Below are positions 52,901 to 64,000 of a stretch of 64,000 nt of DNA, piece by piece. The stretch is from Phoronis australis (taxonomy: Eukaryota > Animalia > Phoronida): NCBI GenBank assembly GCA_002633005.1, contig NMRA01000946.1, positions 1 to 64,000 on the forward strand, in the 5' to 3' direction. Numbering within the stretch: position 1 is the stretch's first letter; each line of letters starts with the position of its first letter. The notes beneath the pieces are model-generated. The model was given only the letters and a program-made list of their open reading frames with translations. It searched no databases and was not told where the DNA came from. The position numbers and the translations under genes are program-made.

Positions 52901-55900
52901 TACCTATTCGTGTTTGCCTGGCTGCATTAGCTTGAAGGTCTACAGTAGCTTTACTCGCAAGTGTCTTGCGTCTACGGAACGCAGCCCTGGCTGACGCGGA
53001 GGAGTCAGTGTATGATCGAGTGCAGTCATACCTATTGTGTCTTTTCTTACAGGAAAACGGAAATGAGGATATCCACGCACAACAAACGTGCAAAAACTTA
53101 CAACGTGATCGGCTTTATCAAAGGATCAATTGAACCAGGTTTGACCAGATTTGAATAACAAAAATTTACAACTTCGTAAGGCATTATATTTTGAGGGTCA
53201 CCAAAACCTTCGTGTGCTTCACGCGAAAAAAGAGAAAAGGTTTGTTCATGTGGCTTCCTTCCGTACTAGAAGCCTGAAGAGTGTTCAGTGTGAGTTTCGT
53301 TTTGTATTACAGACTATGTATGACGTCTAAATGACATATGTAGGACCACTAGATGGGGCTCCAGCTGATACGAATGCAGCCTTTGTTTTTGTACAGGGGA
53401 ATTTCTGATAAGACCAACATAGCAGTCAGAGATTATTACACCCGTGCCTAATGTTACTAAACTGCTGCATGGTGTCAAGGCAACATTTACAAAAAATCTC
53501 AATTAGTACATTATCAATTCCACACGCCTTTTTACTTTTCAAGTGACTCACAGTTTTGTGGATTTATTACACAGTGAAACCTTCATTTATGAAACAATTC
53601 AACTGACATTTACTGTTAGCTAGATCATAAGCGCCCGTACGTGCTGCTCCATCACACTGACTAAATTGACGGAAATGACCTTAACCTGTTTCAGTCATCT
53701 TTGGTATTTGCATGTTTTATAGTTCGTAATTTCAAAACTCATTGTTTTAAATTAAGTAAGTACGCTGAAGTTACGTAACCGTGAGAAGTGTAATTTCAGT
53801 TGAAGCACAGCTGAGAGATATTGGCCAGTCAGCGATTTCACCAGAGAATTGAGGATTTTTGAAGTGTACAAACTGGAAAACTAATTGAGAAGTTTCATGG
53901 GTAAAATAAGAGGGAGACAGAGACGAGAGTGCCGAAACGTCAGCGTCTATACACAGAGAGTCAAAGTTTGACAGGATTGCTGAAGTACTTTCAATTTATT
54001 CGAAAATATACATGTAGTTTGCGCGGGAAACCGATTGCAGTAGCTTTGATAGCGTCATACCCATTAACATTGTAGATTATGCTGACCACTTTAGCACGCG
54101 GAGCCAAAATTTAGTGCAGTTTGTTATCAACAGCTATTACGAAATAATCTCAACATAATCACCAGACGTATTTAGCAATATGCAGGATTATAAGCTTTTT
54201 GTACCATTGCAAAGAGTTGCATGCTTTTAAGAATTGACCTTAAAAGGTTAACTTTTGACCCCTTACCAGAGGTCGGCAGGTAGCGAGCTAACTGTAGCAA
54301 CCGCCGTTTATTTCAGCATTTTGCATTTTGGACAATCCAAACATTGCAGATCCAAAATTGGTGCTTGTACGCATTGCCTATAACTTCAGTTGCCAACGAA
54401 ATGCTCAATACCTCAATATCGGGTGAGCGTGCTAATGTTTGTTAAACTCCTCGACACAGAATTCAACGTTTTACCGCTAAACACATGAAAAATGCAGGTT
54501 CTTAAATAGATTGTAAAGTGTGATTCACGATTTCAGTTGGTAATAAAATTGATTCAAGAGAATTCACGTACTGGCGAGACCCGGCTACAGATACCCTCAC
54601 ATTTTGATGTGCAAATGTCAAATGCTGGGGGTGAAGTCCAAGTGTGAATGTGACAAGTAAAGTCTGAATTATTCAGAACTTCATGCGGGACAGATTGTGA
54701 ACAAGTCATATATGAAAAAAATGCACATGTGTCGGTTCCCGAAACCAACCTTCACGACGAAGATTATTTCTTCTAGTAACATTAACAGATGATTGCCAAA
54801 TTTCATGATGTTGCTCAAAAATTGTAATTAGTTAATGTGCATATATGATTTTCAGCTGGTAGATGCTGGTAAAGCAGTGCTATCCGTTGTGAATGTATTA
54901 CTTAGGATGCGCCTTTATTTGTTTTTTCTTTAAAGGTATTAGTAAACATATCTATTTAGGTATATCTTCGCAGTAGTTTGCAATCGCTATTGTCGTTATA
55001 CACCGCTGAATTTAACCCCTACAATTAAAAGAATACCAAACTGGGTTTTAGCCTATTAACAGGTATTAAAAACAACTTTTCCATTCAATTCTTTTATAAA
55101 AAATAATCCCCTATATTCCAAGCCAACCATCAAAACTTTGGAGGAAAATTTGAAAACTCATTTGAAACACTGCTAAACGGGCAAGCGTGACCTACGCGTT
55201 TAATGAATTACGTGGCAACTGTGGCGAAAGACCACCCACCAAGAACCACAATATCCAATTTGTGACGTAGGGAGCATCAGTTTTTAGTTGATTCCTGCTT
55301 CCACCGTTCAAGATTGACGCCACTGATGCATTAGCAACTGACCGGGGGATTGGTGGAAATCACCTAAACAGGGTTTAGTACCCTTTTAACATTTTCGACA
55401 GTCGGCGGTTCCGATTGTAAACTGTTCCTTAACTGTTACAACCGTCAGAGTGTGAAAGAAGAGATGTTTCAATATTTTGAGACCATTTCTAATAGTATTC
55501 GATGATATACTAACTTTTTATGCAGCCCGCAAACAGTGGCTGCTGTGATTAAGTAACGTAGCGATCTCCGATAAGGAGTGACAATTTGAACAGACTTCAC
55601 TTAAAATTATCGACACAGTATGATAGTTATGGGGCTGCAAACTCTTTTGAACTCTTTTTAATCTGATAAATTGTTTTAAAACACTGCACACGTGACTTCC
55701 ATGTAAACGGAAATACAGGAAGTTGATTTCTGCATGTGACCTTACTTTTCATTGGGTTGTGTGAACCAATTACTCACAAATTAACCATTGATGACAGTAC
55801 CCTCTGTCACAGCGCCACCTATACGAAAATGTGTCCTTGTGGAATGATGATGAACGTGTAATGCCTGTAATACCTGTCACTGACAGGATGATTGGGGATT

Positions 55901-58900
55901 TGCTGGTGCATTAATACCGGCCTCCCAAGACCATCCCCGTGACAGCAGAATGCGCAAAACTCCAGGGCTGACCTTGCCTGAAAGCATATCGTTCGACGAC
56001 ATACGGGCACGGCCCCTTTTGGGTGACTTTTAACAGCATGGCCAAATCACTGCTTCGAGCTACCATTGTTGAACTCAGCCAGATGAGACTAATTCTGCTC
56101 AAAGGTGCGTCGATGAACCAGCAGCTTAACATCGGACTAGTATAAATTCAAGAAAACAACAACAGTTTTAAAACTTGAGATGTTTCGGTGTCATTTATTA
56201 TTCAACACCATCCTCAGAAGTGATAATACAGTGACCACCTAGCTAGGCCCAGCGACAAGTAATGAAGCACAGATACAGTCAGTTACAGGGAGTGACAATG
56301 AACTAGACCAACAATGACAACCTGTGGTGTGTCAGTTGCCTATTGAGATTGGGCTTGCACCAGCTGATGTGTAAAGCCTCACGAATGTTAAGCTCCTTTG
56401 TTGTTACTGCCTGGTCTATTATTGCAAAGTCATTGAAACAGAGTTACATGCGAATTCCTGTCAGAATTTAGATGTTCCTTGTTCCTGGTTTTCAAATGGC
56501 GAACAGTTTCGCCTAAATAATGACACCGAAACATGTCAAGTTTTTAAACCGTTGTTGTTTTCTTGAATATATGCTGCTACTTGCTATCATGGAGACTAAT
56601 ATAAGTAGAGCTGGTTAGTGATTCATGAGCCAGCGAAGTAATCTGCACGCTCATTAATCAAGACACCAGCTTGGCTAGGTACGAAAGATCAGAAAACAGC
56701 TTGATGAGGGTGGCGTTATCGAAAGACTCGCTGGTTCCCTGAGTACTTAGCCCAGCCAGCACGCAGGTATCACGCAGTGGTACGCGCTTTGGCATTGGTC
56801 GATGTAACCTCGGCAGTCATTGGTTAGCTTTACGACACCGTGAAAAATGGCGGACTGTGAACGATTTTTAGCCTTGTCATGCAAGTGGCGTCGCAGCAAC
56901 TATTTTGTTTCTGCAGTGATGTTTAATAGCCGCGTGCTTGAAGCACATAGGCCTACATGTACCGAATAAACACATAGGCCTATCTGGCCGATTTAACCGG
57001 TGTGTTATTCATACTGTATAAACACAGGACACTATCGTAAACAAAAGTCATCGACAGTAGAAAGATGCGCAATCACAATTTCTAGGCTTCACATTTCCTG
57101 AACATAAATTTTAAGCACCGATTTGTCTGACTTTGTACAACAGAGCACATTTACACTTCCGTCCATCAGTCATGCGAGTTTATTTTCGTAAAGCGCTGCC
57201 TGTTGAGAATTCGACTAGCCAATCAGAAACACTGGTGTAAAAAAATTTTCCAAGGAAAATTAAGGAATACCTCTCCACCTAGCGGTACGCTAGTTGGCTG
57301 GGAGATTTCCAGACTGAACTTTCATCAACGCCGCCATAAGAATTTACAAAGATTATGGTATGGTTCTCCAGGTATAGGTGTGATAACTTAGGGCACGTTG
57401 GATAGCCTCAAACTCCATCCGTGTACTACTTGTGTAGATCTGGTGGCAGCCACTGCCTTCCACAATGAAATTGTTTGCACAAAGTATTTGCAGCATCGAA
57501 GAATCCATCTGTTGCTACTATGATGGCATCAAAACCGCCAAGCTGACAGCGCAATGTTTGGGCTACTTCAGGGCGCCATTCCTGAGCTTCCCTGTTGAAA
57601 AAGACGGTGACATTCGCAACATCAACCAATCGGCATGTTTGAATGTCACTTTCTAACCGATGGAAAAGTCAGAATGTTACTTTGCTCTGTTAACCCATTA
57701 GGTGTCACGATCAACCCACAATGCCATCTTACGTGACACTGGGAAAGTGTGTACCCATCAAGATCTACGAAATAAATAATGAGCAGTAACGGTCGACAAC
57801 CCCCAAATTTGTTTAGTAAAATTTGAAAACTTACAAAGTCTGCTAAAACAGCAAGCGTGACCTCTGCTTTAGGAGCGTTACGCTACAACTTAATGTTATC
57901 AAATTTATAGCACAAAGAGTGTGTGCTTTTAGTTAAATTCTGCTTTTGTCACTCGAGTAAGATGCCTATGATACATAAGAAGGTGACAGAACGAGACGGA
58001 GCGAGAATTAATTGAAATCAAAACAAGGTTTGGTATCATTGCAATGACCAAAAATGAGCTTCTTAACTACCTCATTGTCATAAGCCAAGTTTAAAGAGAA
58101 TAATCCCAACTTAAATTGTTAATATCTTTGTAAACTCGCAATTTTAAGCTTGCATCACCCTTAACAGTGATCAGGAATTGTTTTAGGTAGTTATGACATG
58201 TATTATTTGCTTCTAACATAACTGTTAAATAAATTGTATTTAGACGACTTTTTATCAGTTTTTGGCCGGCTCATTATTACGGATATCATTAAAAATTGCG
58301 GTCGCTGTACGTGGCGGCTAGTAGTTGTGTAAATGTATGTAAAAACAATGCTTCCGCTTCTATTGTGTAAAAAGGCAAAACAACCCAGCACTGGTATCCC
58401 GCAACCTTCGAGAATTACAAAACCGTCGGTAGCATCTCTTCTTGATCACGTTCTTGGCATGAGCATTCGCTTATTTTTCAAAAATTGTTGGAATACCCCA
58501 ATACACATAACTATGCACAAAACGTTGAAAAAAGTTGTGCTTTACTCTCAAATTTCCTGAATTTCAGATCGTTACGTAATACTTGGAAACCATCGCGACG
58601 CTTGGGTGTTCGGAGCCATCGACCCGAACAGTGGATCCGCCTGTATGCTGGAACTAAGTCGTGCGTTTGGGGAAATGGTGAAGAAGGGTGAGTTCTATTA
58701 AAGTTACTGTAAGCTAGTTATAAAAGCCATCAACTGTCAATTTAATATTTTGCCATAGTTTATTGTATGCTGTAATTCAGCCGTAGATTATAATTACTTC
58801 TATTAATTATGATTCTGTTCTTCTCATACTATAAAATCTATCAATAATACAAAGGGAGGACTCTAACGCTGAGTTGTTTCAATTATTCAGTGAATTTTGA

Positions 58901-61900
58901 TCATGAACACCAATAGCTTACTTTGATAAAGCTAATCACACACACGATTTATAGTGGTGATATTTTTGGTGTTGCTCTTTTGATTCGTGTTCATTTTTGT
59001 AAATTAGTGTTGATCAGTAATTGCTTACCGAATCATCTAAACCCTTATTGTAATAACGGAAGTAAAATCAGTTACCGTGTTTGACGTATTGCCGCGCCAT
59101 TAGGCCCATGGGCGTCTGTGGGGAACTGTGCTTATATGGGAAACTTAGACGCATTCGCCAATATGGGAACCACTTGGATAAAAAAGACCGCGAAAAGGGC
59201 ATTATTTCGGATGTAGGCCTAAAAGTGCAGCAATACGGTAGCATTTGAATTGTCTAGTTCAATATGGAACGTCAACCTATCTTGTGACAAACAGCGAATT
59301 TGAACGTTTTAACGTCAATCCTGAAATTTAATTTTCGAATTACTGTCAGGTACGTACATGTAGCGCACAAGCTTTTCAACTTCTATGTATTGCTTTCTAC
59401 ATCTAGGATGGAGACCTCGGCGCACTATTGTATTTGCTAGCTGGGGAGCCGAGGAGTATGGGACACTTGGCTCCACCGAATGGGTAGAGGTAAGATGTAA
59501 AGAACAAATCTCTGGTCCCCCGTAAGCCCCCTGTGCTATTAAGAGGTTCGATTTATAATATGTCAAAAGCGGTAAAGTAATTGTTGTGTTTTGACATTGA
59601 TTAACATTTGAATAATTTTAAATAACAAATTATTTAAATCGAAATATTTGATTTTGCGTCAAATTCTTGTTAAATTTTATCAAATTTCAAAATTCCATCA
59701 CATTGAACAACAGGCGCAACCTTGAATTTATTTAAAAAAACTGCTCTTCTTATATTGTTCACATCAATTAAAACATTTCACAATCCCAACATCACAACAC
59801 AATCGCATGAAACGCCTATACATGTACTTCAGAAAGATTATGAAGACTCTTGATGCAAACACTGTAAAGTTTGTATATTTAGCCACAGTGCGTAGAGAAA
59901 AATTCTTTGACTCGATACTTTGTACTTCACTGTGCTTGTATGTATGTTTGCTATTGTACTTTGGGCCTGTGGCCTCGAATGCCATAAAGTATGGCATGGT
60001 GAAACATGAAACGCATCTAGCTAATCCTGAACTTGAAATGCAAAAAGCCGATAAAACGAATTCAGTTTAGCCAGACGTGCCTCTGCTTAGGTGTCTGTAA
60101 CAAAAAAAACAAAACAAAAAAAAATAAGGAAACTAAACCTCAGATTTGCAGTAGACAAAGACCATAACGATAGATAAAACTTTGTCGAACCCATTAGAAG
60201 ATACAACAATCAATTCGTTGTTTCCATTCGTCCAACATTGTACATGTAACAGTATTAAACTAAATTCGTTAATCCTATAGCTAATCTTCAGAAACGGTTC
60301 TTACACTCAACAGTAGGTTATTACGACACTGTGGTAATGTGACTTTGAAAATTTGTGATCCTGAAGACATTGCTTGACCTTTCTTGTAGAACTACATAAA
60401 ATCTCTTGCCGAGAGGACGATAGCTTATTTAAACGTAGACAGTGGATTTCAAGGTATGGAAAATTGTAGTGCAACGTTAAAGTCTCAAAACTAATTCTCA
60501 TTTGACGAGAGTAATATGATGCATGTTCTTAACGAACAACAAAATGAATTTTGTTCTTGTAAACATAAACGGCATACGTTGCAATTATAGTATGTGTGCA
60601 GATTTGACATCTTGTGCAGCGCGTGAAACGTGTCTCCTGTCAGAATGGAAAGGGCCTAGGTTCACTGAGAAAAATGTGTACATCTCGTAAGACGAGACTC
60701 TTCGTGAAAAACTAATACTGTTCTTGAGAAAATTTCTGCCCTAAATGGAATGTCATGACTTGTATTCTCACAGTTGTCTTGTTGCGCACCTGTTGAGTGT
60801 CTCACATGTCTTGATAGGTAACTACTCCATGAAAGCCAAGGGGATGCCATTACTGAATCACGTGTTGATTGAAAGTTCTAAAAAGGTAATGCACCTTTAA
60901 TTTTCTACATAAAACAGAAGTCACAGGCCACTTTACACTATCTGACTGCCAATCAAACGATTTCAATAAGTGATAATAAGTAATGAACTTTGGTTGAGGC
61001 ATAATGAAAACATATCAAAAGTACTCACAGCGAAAACAAAAGGGATCACCGAGAGGCTTTCGATAGTGATCCGCCATCTTGTCCCCTCTGACATGATGGC
61101 GCATCGTCATCGAAAGTCTCAGTGATTCTTTTAATGTTTCGCGGTGATTAAGTTTTAAGAATATTTTTATTATTGATTTCATTGATGTAATTGCCTCATT
61201 TTGATCAATTACTTAAATATGCTGTGTCTGATAGCACACTCGATAAATTTGAGTGTTTTGCATAGATCCGGCCTTCAGAGCACTTCTTGGAAGCCGAAAG
61301 TCCAATAACATTGGTGTCGTTACTGTCGCATTGGTGTCGTTATTGTCGTATTGGTGTTGTTACTGTCACATTTCAAAAAGGTTTGTTATAACTATGTAAT
61401 TATTTAGTCGTGAGGTTCGTTAATTGTTGAACTGAAATTTCTCTAAATCTGTTGCGCTGTTACGAGGTTTGTACTTGAAATGAAATTTCTCAATGTCTGT
61501 TGCTTCGCCCTGAAGTTTTTGGTTTGTTTGTACGCACGCTACGGGTAGCATTTTGCGTTCTATCTACATGAAATTCGCATCCATCATCTGTCTCATTATA
61601 ATCTTGAGCACTGTTCTTTGGGAAAAATCGGACTGAACGTGGGAATCCGACAGCCAGTTTTCGCTTTAAACTTGACAAATTTGTAGCTCTGCGAACCTTT
61701 GAAGGTTTCTTTTGAAATTTGGTACTTGGATAAATCTCGTTATAGGCTATCTGCAGTGCTTCATCCGTTTTATCGCTTCGATCCTCTGTTCTCGAATTAC
61801 TCGAGATTTACAGATGACTGACATCTGACACTGGTGCGTTTCTCAGGCCCCACCAACACGGGTAATATACCCGTCCTCCTGTTATTCACACGACCAATGT

Positions 61901-63458
61901 ATATGGACTATGCGTTTCACATCTGCTGCTGTCATCAGCACCATCGTCAGCCAGTGGCTTTTTGGCGGTGCTAGCGAAAGAGGGGGAAGTGGTTTCCAAT
62001 GCTGAGGTCACTTTCGGCATTGGTGTCTTTTGTTTCATCGTCACGTCATCAGCATTTTAGTTATCGAAGGATGTCGGCTTTGCTGATGCCAGCGGTATCG
62101 TTGTGGGCGTTGGACAGCCTTTTGGGTCGTCAGTGATTTTCTAGTTCTTTGCCTGTTAGCAACGACATTGCTAAGGACGTCGCCATTAACAGTGTTGGAT
62201 GCGACATTAACAACATCCATAACATTTTCGGCATTGACAGCTCGTCGATTTTGTTGATGTCGCTGGGGGGCAGTTGTTGAAATATTCGGTGGCGATGTCG
62301 AGATATCCAAGGTTGCATACCCTCTCCCTCTGCTTCCGTGTCTCTCCACCCCCATCCCCCACCCGGCGCTTCTCTCTCCCTCTCTCTCTTGAGAGCAGTT
62401 GAGAGCGTTTGTCATCGATACGGACGCTGTTTTTGGAGTCATTCATTTACTTCCTTAATCAGTCGATTTCCATAGGATCTTAAGAGTAGGCTAATACAAG
62501 GCCAAGTGCATAGTGTGTAGGACAAGGTTTGCATCAGTGAAGGACAATTCCCGTATTCCGCACTTCGGCTCTTTCTAGTCGTGAGGTAAAATTATATTGG
62601 GTAAAATTATACTGATTGTACATGTACAACGGTGGCGCCGTGCGCACGACGGACTTCGCCGTGTTTTGTCTTCCAGAGCCGTCGGGGTGGGGTAAAATGT
62701 GACATCCCGCATCCATGGATATTTATCCAACTTATCTCACTTCATTGAATCTGCATTGTAGCCGACGACACAGCAGTAATACTTTTCCGGCACAATTTTA
62801 ATATGTAAAATAGAAAGTATTCAGACGGCAGATGCCAACATGTGAATCTCCACAGGAGCAAAAGCAAGGCTGACCTACCTGCCGCATCTGGAGATGTGCC
62901 GCTATTTCGCACCTCACGGGATGGGAGAGCGAACACTGCGGAAGGCGGGAATTAGTACACACTGTGAACAAGGGTTCCGATTCGTGCACTTGATAGTATG
63001 GCTAGCCTTCGGTACTAAGTTATTCAGTGACGTCATTTTATGACCAACAATGAGTCACAAGTACATCGGAGCCCTCTAATCCATAGTGGGAAATAGTCTG
63101 CACCGGTGCAGCGTAGGCCTGTGTTCGTTCTCTTGCATGTCAAAAGACAACTTTTGAAATCATTCAGTCCGCTTCTTGTCAGGAGATAATTGGTATTTAT
63201 TTGAAAACAAACCATCAAAAGAAATCAGAAAGCACGAACAAACTTTTCTAGACGGTAGAAATTTAGTAATCTTTACATGATGTGGGTACTACGCTTTTGT
63301 CTCTAGGTGTGAAATAGTGATTTATAGCGGAATTACATTGCACAGGTACCAAACCCTGACCCTTCAGAGGTGGCAAAGGGCAGAAGAACAGTTTATGACA
63401 CGTGGGTGTTGCGGCAACCGAAACTGGACAAGGACGGGAAGAAATTGAATGTGCCCAG
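43977..63458 (+). CDS. NAALAD2: Tandem paralog (copy 2) of the GCPII/NAALADase-like gene; partial, exons 1-12, continues beyond the window
   Basis: Exons: 43977-44323, 45710-46001, 46216-46341, 50061-50244, 51822-51918, 52535-52624, 53053-53138, 58568-58687, 59407-59489, 60390-60453, 60818-60885, 63346-63458. Exons 2-12 have the same lengths and phases as in copy 1, with GT-AG introns and no stops. GNHRDAW, AIDP, AEEY and NVD are retained. Confidence 0.93.
45395..45500 (-). mobile_element. Reverse-oriented L2/CR1-like 3' tail with (AAC/AAT)n end
   Basis: Minus strand: ggaccatgatgtactagcactctgctaa...gtcctccttgaataaa, followed by the microsatellite. Confidence 0.45.
47720..49595 (+). mobile_element. 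Truncated, disrupted non-LTR retrotransposon RT (RTE-X-like) in intron 3 of copy 2
   Basis: [85 protein letters not shown]; frameshift near 48580 and stops near 49292 and 49318. Confidence 0.92.
56142..56572 (-). mobile_element. 5'-truncated Penelope-like element: GIY-YIG C-terminus, pseudo-LTR and inverted partial pseudo-LTR
   Basis: Minus strand 56513->56303: [23 protein letters not shown] / [42 protein letters not shown]; 56146-56199 is inverted at ~56515-56568. Confidence 0.85.
56173..56221 (-). ncRNA. Minimal type I hammerhead ribozyme motif (PLE-associated), stem III mutated
   Basis: ACUU CUGAGGA U GGUGUU gaauaauaaau GACACC GAAA CAUCUC AAGU: core boxes, stem II and stem I are present. 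The inverted partial copy retains GAAACAUGUC. Confidence 0.75.
61025..61148. repeat. ~125-bp imperfect palindrome (fold-back element)
   Basis: tcacagcgaaaac..gatcaccgaga.gctttcgat..gatccgccatcttgtc / gacatgatggcgcatc..atcgaaagtctcagtgatt..gtttcgcggtga. Confidence 0.75.
61309..61372. repeat. 20-bp minisatellite x3
   Basis: cattggtgtcgttactgtcg unit repeated three times with 1-3 changes. Confidence 0.8.
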
Positions 63459-64000
63459 GTGAGTGATCGCTGAACCCGTCAGCCCCGCAGGGTTCGTTTC
63501 TTACGAGATGTATTGCGATATCACTTAAGACCATGTCTAGTCCCAATTAGGCGATTGAAATGAAAGTGCTTCGAGAATAAGCTTGGGACCATACTATCAT
63601 AGATTAGCAAAATGGCCGCCAGACAAGGGGTCGATTGGCGAAGCCGAAATGTAGAGTTATGGGAGAAAATTCAGGGTATCTTTGAATTCTCGCAGGTTTC
63701 CTACTTTAATTCCCAGAACGCAGCCTTGCCTCCCGTTCAGTAACGCTAGGGCCTCGCTAAAAAGCAAGACTTCGCGAGATTACGTGAGATATTGCCGTGC
63801 ATTTTAAATGAGAACACGTGACTTTGACTAGGTCTTAGTTAGGTCCTAGCGTAGGTCCTAGGGTCTACTGAACGCACACCTGGTTTGCTTTTGAGATTAA
63901 TGTCTTCGTTGTTAATAAACAATAACATGAATTCTCCAACAGGATGTTGTTCAGTTACCCGGCAATTTTAAGGCCGGAAGCCCATTTTTCAGAAATAGTT

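Noticed and set aside
53915-53945. GAAACGTC hammerhead-like half
   Set aside because: No CUGANGA box or stem II upstream.
61309-61372. CRISPR-like regular repeat
   Set aside because: Contiguous minisatellite with no spacers, in a eukaryotic intron.
62041-62446. 133-aa antisense ORF in copy-2 intron 11
   Set aside because: Low-complexity, with no recognisable domain or splice support.

Overview
Eukaryotic, intron-rich, AT-rich animal DNA (repeat content suggests a marine invertebrate; inference only), with one assembly gap at 5300-6085. I reconstructed three protein-coding genes exon by exon. (1) A complete 16-exon PRPF19 on the minus strand (CDS 13550->843, 508 aa). (2) A complete 18-exon M28B glutamate carboxypeptidase II/NAALADase-family gene, head-to-head with PRPF19 (17389-31048, 820 aa, one GC-AG intron). 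(3) A tandem paralog of that gene (43977->63458, 12 exons visible, runs off the window). Introns and intergenic DNA hold a Kolobok-like THAP element, two Penelope-like relics (one with a hammerhead ribozyme and an inverted pseudo-LTR), an RTE-X-like LINE, nested THAP/hairpin elements, MITEs and microsatellites. Best leads: substrate-pocket and cytoplasmic-tail divergence of the duplicated peptidases, the hammerhead-bearing element, and an asymmetric hairpin element that splits a THAP relic. I see no convincing wholly novel system. All alignments were done by eye.
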